From Clostridia bacterium DTU025 (GTDB lineage: Bacteria; Bacillota; DTU025): DNA of 32,000 nucleotides. Below are positions 25,285 to 32,000 of this stretch, one piece after another. Each line of letters starts with the position of its first letter. The stretch's first letter is position 1. The stretch is from NCBI GenBank assembly GCA_001513145.1, contig LFSP01000007.1:1-32000 (forward strand), written 5' to 3'. The notes beneath the pieces were generated by a model. It was not told the DNA's origin. It was given only the letters and a program-made list of their open reading frames with translations, and ran no database searches. A program made the position numbers and the translations under genes.

Positions 25285-26484
25285 CTACAAGCCCAGGAAA
25301 TCAGCCGGGCGCTCAGCAACGATCCCGAAATGGTGTAGCACGGCCTGAACGGTGCGTTCGGCAGCGCGCCCGTCGCCGTACGGATTGCGCGCCTGCGCCA
25401 TGGCCCTGTGCTGCTCGGGATCGTCCAGGAGCGTCGAAGCAGCCTCCACTATGTTGCGCCTCTCGACTCCCACCAACCGCAGGGTGCCGGCCTCTACACC
25501 TTCCGGCCTCTCGGTGGTGCGCCTGAGCACCAGCACCGGCACGTTGAACGCCGGCGCCTCTTCCTGAAGCCCTCCGGAGTCAGACATCACCAGGTAGCTG
25601 CGCTTCAACAACCCCACCATATCAGGGTAGCTCAGAGGCTCCACCAGAACGCAGCGGCTAACCTGGCTGAGTGTCTCGAGAACGGTCCGGCTAACCCTCG
25701 GATTGGGATGCACAGGCATGACAGCTACCGTATCCGGGTGGGATTCCAGCACGTCGCGCACGGCCTCGCAGATGTTCTTGAGCGGCTCTCCTATGCTCTC
25801 CCGACGGTGCGCCGTCACAGTAACCAGGCGCCTGCCCTCGAGCTCAAGCGCCCTAAGCACGGGGTTCTCGAACTCCATGCGTCGCGCCGCCACGTCGAGC
25901 ACCGCGTCGACAACGGTATTGCCGGTGACGTATATGGATGACGGGTCCACGTTCTCAGCCACGAGGTTGGCCTTATACTGGGCTGTGGGCGCGAAGTGTA
26001 GCTCCGCTATGCACCCCACTAGCCTCCTGTTCATCTCCTCGGGGAACGGCTCGTAACGCCTGAAGGTTCGCAGCCCGGCCTCCACATGGCCCACGGGTAT
26101 CTGCATGTAGAACGCGCTGAGCGCGCCCACGAACGCGGTGGACGTGTCGCCGTGCACCAACACCAGGTCAGGCTTCTCCCTCTCCAGCACCTCGCGCATG
26201 CGGGGCAGCCCGCGCTCCACGATGTCGAAGAGGGTCTGGTCGTCTCGCATGATCCCGAGGTCGTAGTCGACGCCGATGTCGAACACCCTCAGGACCTGGT
26301 CCATCATCTCCCGATGCTGAGCCGTGCCCACCGTGACCGAACACACCAGATCTGAATGCCGCCTGAGCTCGTTGACAACCGGTGCTAGCTTGATCGTATC
26401 CGGCCTGGTGCCGAAGACTGACAGGACCTTTACGCGCCTCCCGCCCATGCCCATCCTCGTGCCCATCCCCATACCCGTGTCCAT
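25285..26484 (-). CDS. wecB: UDP-N-acetylglucosamine 2-epimerase (non-hydrolysing)
   Basis: 399 aa: KVLSVFGTRPDTIKLAPVVNEL, VTVGTAQHREMMDQVLRVFDI, PVGHVEAGLRTF, YVTGNTVVDAVLD, YLVMSDSGGLQEEAPAFNVPVLVLRRTTERPEGVEAGTLRLVG. RBS GGAGG upstream of the 26484 start. Confidence 0.95.
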   Translation of the reverse strand: MDTGMGMGTRMGMGGRRVKVLSVFGTRPDTIKLAPVVNELRRHSDLVCSVTVGTAQHREMMDQVLRVFDIGVDYDLGIMRDDQTLFDIVERGLPRMREVLEREKPDLVLVHGDTSTAFVGALSAFYMQIPVGHVEAGLRTFRRYEPFPEEMNRRLVGCIAELHFAPTAQYKANLVAENVDPSSIYVTGNTVVDAVLDVAARRMEFENPVLRALELEGRRLVTVTAHRRESIGEPLKNICEAVRDVLESHPDTVAVMPVHPNPRVSRTVLETLSQVSRCVLVEPLSYPDMVGLLKRSYLVMSDSGGLQEEAPAFNVPVLVLRRTTERPEGVEAGTLRLVGVERRNIVEAASTLLDDPEQHRAMAQARNPYGDGRAAERTVQAVLHHFGIVAERPADFLGL

Positions 26485-26543
26485 GGTCGAGTGCCTCCTG
26501 TAATCGCCCTAGCCCTGGGTACCGAGCATTCGCGCAACTGACG

Positions 26544-27578
26544 CTACCGCTTGCCGTCGCCAGATCCCAGCTTCAGCAACCCGGACTTGTCGCCCAGCAG
26601 TATCAGAACTCCGAAAGCCGCCAGCGCCCCGCCTGTGCCGATGCGTGTATCCGCCACCACCACTCCGCACGCCGCCACCGCCAGACACGCGCTGACCGCA
26701 TACACGGTGAGCACAGCCTTCGTATGCGAAAGACCCATGGCCAGCAGGCGGTGGTGCACATGATCCAGGTCCCGCTGCGAGAACGACACGCCCTTTCGCA
26801 CCCTCCGGAGAATCGCAAAGGCGGTATCAATTATAGGAACTCCCATCACCAGCACAGGCACAGCCAGCACCAGGGTGGCAGGGGTCTTGAGGGCTCCCAT
26901 GGCGGAAAGGCCAGCAACAGTTAGCCCCAGGAACATGGCCCCCGAGTCTCCCATGAAGATGCTGGCAGGGTGGAAGTTGTACCGCAGGAACCCAAGGGCG
27001 CTACCGATCAACGCCACCGACAGCACGATCAGTCTCGGCTGCCCCTTGTACCCCGCCGCGAATGCCATGGCTACGGCGCCGATTATCGTGACCCCGGCTG
27101 CCAACCCGTCCAGTCCGTCCATGAAGTTGACCACGTTCATGAAGGCGGCGATCCACAGCACGGTTAGGGGGCCCGAAAGCCAGCTGAGGTAGATCATCCC
27201 GCCGAACGGATTCGTCACGAACTCGATACGTACGTCGCCGACGAACATGACCGCACAGGCGGCCAGTAGCTGCCCGAGGAACTTCGTCCTGGGCCTCAGC
27301 TCCCACTTATCGTCGGCGACGCCCAACAGCACTGCAACGGCGCCGCCCACCAGCACGCCGAAGGTGTTCCTGTCAACCCCCGCTGTGAGCAGCGCCGCGA
27401 TGACGAATGCTGCGTACATGGCCACACCCCCCAGAAGGGGAGTGGGTATGTCGTGGACGTGGCGGCGCCTAGGCCGGTCCACGATGTCCAGCTTCAGCGC
27501 TACTTGCCGCACCACAGGAGTGAACAGCAGCGACAGCGATGTGGATACGGCTAGAGCCAACAGCACTCTGGTGGACAA
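26544..27578 (-). CDS. Undecaprenyl-phosphate glycosyl-1-phosphate transferase (TagO/WecA/MraY family)
   Basis: 344 aa polytopic: DIVDRPRRRHVHDIPTPLLGGVAMY, MNVVNFMDGLDGLAAGV, GFLRYNFHPASIFMGDSGAMFLGLTVAGLSAMG, DLDHVHHRLLAMGLSHTKAV. Confidence 0.92.
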   Translation of the reverse strand: MSTRVLLALAVSTSLSLLFTPVVRQVALKLDIVDRPRRRHVHDIPTPLLGGVAMYAAFVIAALLTAGVDRNTFGVLVGGAVAVLLGVADDKWELRPRTKFLGQLLAACAVMFVGDVRIEFVTNPFGGMIYLSWLSGPLTVLWIAAFMNVVNFMDGLDGLAAGVTIIGAVAMAFAAGYKGQPRLIVLSVALIGSALGFLRYNFHPASIFMGDSGAMFLGLTVAGLSAMGALKTPATLVLAVPVLVMGVPIIDTAFAILRRVRKGVSFSQRDLDHVHHRLLAMGLSHTKAVLTVYAVSACLAVAACGVVVADTRIGTGGALAAFGVLILLGDKSGLLKLGSGDGKR

Positions 27579-27597
27579 GGCAATGCACTCCGTTGCA

Positions 27598-28062
27598 TCA
27601 TTTCTTCGGGAAGACGGATATCTCCACGCCCGCTTCGCTCAGCATCTGCCTCGCCAGCTCGTCAGGGTAGTCCCCGCGGAACACCACCCGCGCAACGCCG
27701 GCGTTTATCAGCATCTTGGCGCACACGACGCAGGGGTGGTGCGTGCAGTACACCGTGGCTCCTGCCAGCTTGGCACCGTGCAGAGCGGCCTGGATTATGA
27801 CGTTCTGCTCAGCGTGGAGGCCGCGGCACAGCTCGTGCCGCTCGCCAGAGGGCACCCCCTGTTGCTGCCTGATGCAGCCGACCTCGCCGCAGTGCCGCAT
27901 CCCCACCGGGGCTCCGTTGTATCCGGTGGCCAGTATCTGCTTGTTCAGCACTGCCACCGCCCCCACCTGCCTTCTCAAGCAGGTGGATCTCTTGGCTGCG
28001 ACCTGAGCTATCTCCATGAAATACTCGTCCCACGAGGGACGGCTCGCATCGTTGAGCTCCAT
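27598..28062 (-). CDS. comEB: dCMP/cytidine deaminase family (ComEB-like)
   Basis: [68 protein letters not shown] zinc motifs. ORF opens at 28125, but the [14 protein letters not shown] start (28062) avoids overlap with upp. Confidence 0.9.
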   Translation of the reverse strand: MELNDASRPSWDEYFMEIAQVAAKRSTCLRRQVGAVAVLNKQILATGYNGAPVGMRHCGEVGCIRQQQGVPSGERHELCRGLHAEQNVIIQAALHGAKLAGATVYCTHHPCVVCAKMLINAGVARVVFRGDYPDELARQMLSEAGVEISVFPKK

Positions 28063-28066
28063 GGCG

Positions 28067-29150
<1,084 letters not shown>

Positions 29151-29154
<4 letters not shown>

Positions 29155-29618
29155 TCACATACACCTCGATCCGCCTGGAGGTCCAAACCGTCGAGCACCT
29201 TCTTCAGGGCCTCGGCTATCTGATCTCGAGTCCTTCGGTACACGTCCACAGACATCATGAAGGGATCGGCGATGTCGAAGTCGGCAAGCTTCCTGGCTTT
29301 ACCCGCCGCGTCAGGCCTCATCCTGAGCACGGCGTCGAGATGGTGTCCTTCCATGGCGAGCACCAGGTCAGCCTCGTCGATCATCTCCGGCCTGAGCCTT
29401 CGGGACCGGTGCCCGCTGATATCGATGCCCATCTCGGCCATGGCTGTTACAGCGTTGGACGACGCACTCTGCCCGTCAAGGGCCGACACGCCTGCCGACT
29501 CCGCGACGATGCCGCGGTCGGAGTAACCTGCCCGCCGGGCCAAGTGTGCCAAGAGCGCCTGGGCCATCGGACTCCGACAGGTGTTTCCACCACAGACCAT
29601 CAGGACCCTAAACGGCAT
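29151..29618 (-). CDS. ywlE: Low-molecular-weight phosphatase, probable protein-arginine phosphatase (YwlE-like)
   Basis: P-loop VLMVCGGNTCRSPMAQALL carries Thr (NTCRS) where tyrosine phosphatases usually have Ile; C-terminal DIADPFMMSVDVYRRTRDQI contains the conserved DPF. ywlE-rpiB synteny. Confidence 0.85.
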
Positions 29619-29658
29619 CACCCACACCGCCCTTCAAAAAGGTTTCGTCTATTATCGG

Positions 29659-30840
29659 TCATTTCCTGCACTCTTCGCACAGAAACACGACCCTGCCCCC
29701 AGCGGCCCTCATCAGCCTGTTCATCACCGCGAGCCCTATACCTGCCACGGGATACGACTCCGCAAGGATCAGGCTGACGCTCGCCTGGTCCAGCTCTCGC
29801 ATGCGACCGAAAAGCGCCGAGGCCACTCCCTCAAGAGCTCCGCGCGACCCCACCGCAGACAGCACGACGTCCTCCCGCTCCAACAGGTCGGGCCTCCGCG
29901 CCCTTATGTGGTCCAGCGTCTCGACGCTCACCAACAGCCCCACCTTTGTGCCACCGGCGCCCGCCCGGCGCCCCGAAAGCCCAGCGCCAGCAGGTTCGGA
30001 GCCGCCGTCTTCGCCTGCGCCTATCGCCCGCTGGGCCTCCTGGAGTATGGCCTCAGCCTGCGCCGCATGGTCTCCAATGAAGAGCTTGAGAGGCGCCCTC
30101 GGCGAGTAGTGACGGTGTTTGAGCCCTGGCGACCTGGGCGATTCCACGTCGGTCACGCCTCCGAAGTCGTCGAGCGCCCGCACCCCCGGAACCACCGCCG
30201 CCAGCTGCTCCAGCGACACTCCACCGGGCCTCAGCACCGTGGGCGCGTCGCCTGTGAGGTCCAGCACGGTGGACTCCACCCCGATGCCTGCGGGGCCGCC
30301 GTCAACGATCACGTCCACCCTGCCGGCAAGGTCGGCCCACACGTGCTGGGCGGTGGTGGGACTGGGCCTGCCCGAAACGTTGGCTGACGGCGCCGCCACG
30401 GGCACGCCCGCCTTCTCTATCAGGGCAGACGCCACCGGGTGCGACGGCATGCGCACGCCCACAGTGTCAAGCCCCGCGGTGACCGAGGCCGGTATCAGGT
30501 CAGACTTGGGCAGCACCAGGGTGAGCGGTCCGGGCCAGAACGCGCCAGCCAGCGCCGACACCGCGTCAGGCACCTCGCGGACCACTGCAGCCAGCTCGTC
30601 AAGGCGCGCGATGTGGACTATCAGGGGATTGTCGGAGGGACGGCCCTTGGCCGCGAATATCTTGCCCACCGCCAACGGGTCGAGAGCGTTGGCGCCCAGG
30701 CCGTACACGGTTTCAGTGGGGAAAGCCACGGTTCCGCCCTCCCGAAGCACACGGGCGGGCTCCGCCAGAGCCTCCAGAAGCGATTGCCGAGGCATCGCAG
30801 GGTCCACCTTGATGCTCAACGTCTCAGTCAACGCCCTCAC
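29659..30840 (-). CDS. sua5: L-threonylcarbamoyladenylate synthase (Sua5-type, long form)
   Basis: GGTVAFPTETVYGLGANALDPLAVGKIFAAKGRPSDNPLIVHI, TVGVRMPSHPVA, PVAAPSANVSGRPSPTTAQHV, plus Sua5-domain region GLKHRHYSPRAPLKLF. Confidence 0.93.
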   Translation of the reverse strand: MRALTETLSIKVDPAMPRQSLLEALAEPARVLREGGTVAFPTETVYGLGANALDPLAVGKIFAAKGRPSDNPLIVHIARLDELAAVVREVPDAVSALAGAFWPGPLTLVLPKSDLIPASVTAGLDTVGVRMPSHPVASALIEKAGVPVAAPSANVSGRPSPTTAQHVWADLAGRVDVIVDGGPAGIGVESTVLDLTGDAPTVLRPGGVSLEQLAAVVPGVRALDDFGGVTDVESPRSPGLKHRHYSPRAPLKLFIGDHAAQAEAILQEAQRAIGAGEDGGSEPAGAGLSGRRAGAGGTKVGLLVSVETLDHIRARRPDLLEREDVVLSAVGSRGALEGVASALFGRMRELDQASVSLILAESYPVAGIGLAVMNRLMRAAGGRVVFLCEECRK

Positions 30841-31711
30841 CGCCCTTCATCCTGGCCACGACCACCCTTGGCGTGCCTGCGTAATCCGGCATCACCTCAA
30901 GGTCGCTCCAGCCGTGGGACGCCAGGATCGAGCGCACCTGGTCCGCCTGGCCGTCGCCCACCTCCAGAAGCAGCCAGCCGCCGGGCGCAAGCACCGCCGG
31001 CGCCTCCTGCGCCAGCCTGCGGTAGTAGTGCAGCCCGTCGGGTCCGCCGTCGAGGGCCGCGGCCGGCTCATGCCTTATTTCCTTCTGGAGACTGGGCACG
31101 GCTGAGCTGGCGATGTACGGTGGATTGGACACGACCATCGTCGCGCCGGTCCAGCCGGGCGGCACCGCTTGCACCAAGTCGCCGCAGACCAACGTCACCC
31201 TATCCTCGAGACCAAGCGTCCTAACGTTCTCGGAGGCGTATCGCAAGGCGTCGGCTGAAAGGTCAGTGGCCAGGACCTGGCACCACGGGGCGTAGTGGGC
31301 GATGGCGCAGGCTATGGCGCCGCTGCCGGTGCCAGCATCAATGACGCGGGGCTGCGGCCGCCCCTGCCCCCGGCAAGCCTCCAGCCTCCGGATAGCCTGT
31401 TCCACCAGCACCTCCGTATCCGGCCGCGGGATCAGAACCCCGGGGCCCACTTTCAGGGGCAGGGACATGAATTCCCGCACCCCGGTGATGTATGCCACCG
31501 GAACGCCGCGGGCGCGGCGGATCAGGTCCCGCTTGTAGCGGTCCAGCTCGTCCTGGCTCATGGGCCTGTCGAACTGCACGTAAAGCTGTATCCGCTCGAC
31601 GTTGAGGATGTTTGCCAGAAGCACCTCCGCGTCCAGCCGGGCGCTGGCAACCTGCTGGCGCGCAAGGTAGTCGGTGGCCTTCTTTAGTATCTGTAGCAGC
31701 GTGCGCTGCAT
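30824..31711 (-). CDS. prmC: Peptide chain release factor N(5)-glutamine methyltransferase
   Basis: GVLIPRPDTEVLVEQAIRRL, VIDAGTGSGAIACAIA, VVSNPPYI (NPPY motif), EPAAALDGGPDGLHYYRRL. Confidence 0.94.
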   Translation of the reverse strand: MQRTLLQILKKATDYLARQQVASARLDAEVLLANILNVERIQLYVQFDRPMSQDELDRYKRDLIRRARGVPVAYITGVREFMSLPLKVGPGVLIPRPDTEVLVEQAIRRLEACRGQGRPQPRVIDAGTGSGAIACAIAHYAPWCQVLATDLSADALRYASENVRTLGLEDRVTLVCGDLVQAVPPGWTGATMVVSNPPYIASSAVPSLQKEIRHEPAAALDGGPDGLHYYRRLAQEAPAVLAPGGWLLLEVGDGQADQVRSILASHGWSDLEVMPDYAGTPRVVVARMKGGEGVD

Positions 31712-31718
31712 CGTCGAC

Positions 31719-32000
31719 TCACTCAGCTCTCTTGAGCTTCTCGCTCTGCTCGTTCAGGATCAGCGCCTCGAGGATCTCGTCCAGGTCGCCGTCGAGAACC
31801 TCAGTCAGTCGGTGGATGGTCAGCCCGATCCTGTGATCGGTGACGCGGTTCTGAGGGAAGTTGTAAGTCCTAATTCGCTCAGACCTGTCCCCGGTTCCCA
31901 CCTGGCTCTTGCGCGCCTCCGCGATGCCCGCCTCCTGCTCAGCGCGGGCCTTCTCCAACAGCCGCGCCCGCAGCACCTTCATGGCCTTCTCCCTGTTCTT
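31719..32000 (-). CDS. prfA: Peptide chain release factor 1, C-terminal part (runs off right edge)
   Basis: In-frame to the window edge: [81 protein letters not shown]; adjacent to prmC. Confidence 0.93.
   Translation of the reverse strand, partial: KNREKAMKVLRARLLEKARAEQEAGIAEARKSQVGTGDRSERIRTYNFPQNRVTDHRIGLTIHRLTEVLDGDLDEILEALILNEQSEKLKRAE

Noticed and set aside
23928-25526. Plus- and minus-strand ORFs in the repeat array (e.g. 23928-24464, 24287-24706, 24529-24948, 24579-25526) with recurring RRLRCAPPEGG / EEHTSICASRRR peptides
   Set aside because: The unit is 242 bp (not a multiple of 3), so the same peptide shifts frame every copy. ORFs recur every 242 bp because the DNA repeats, not because a protein is conserved. 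The 24579-25526 ORF also runs into wecB antisense.

Overview
GC-rich window whose gene content points to a spore-forming, diderm (outer-membrane-bearing) Bacillota. Essentially all credible genes lie on the minus strand. In transcription order (right to left): (1) a conserved Firmicutes block prfA(partial)-prmC-sua5/tsaC-arginine phosphatase-rpiB-upp-comEB-tagO/wecA-wecB/mnaA. (2) A ~1.5 kb intergenic region with a tandem array of a 242-bp unit (about 4.5 copies, each carrying long palindromes). (3) murA-spoIID-spoIIQ-like-spoIIID-MreB-like. (4) A large outer-membrane biogenesis cluster: S55-domain protein, TamB-like, BamA, OmpH/Skp, a giant LptF/G permease fused to an LptD-like beta-barrel, LptC, LptA/OstA, an unusual 814-aa FtsX-like membrane protein with its ABC ATPase, an LpxB-like glycosyltransferase, LptB, a DUF3084 protein and an SLH-domain surface/OM protein (partial). 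The most interesting observations are the single-ORF LptF/G-LptD fusion with an internal signal-peptide-like junction, the uncharacterised ABC/814-aa membrane system embedded among the Lpt genes, and the 242-bp array, which sits where the ATP synthase operon often lies in Firmicutes.
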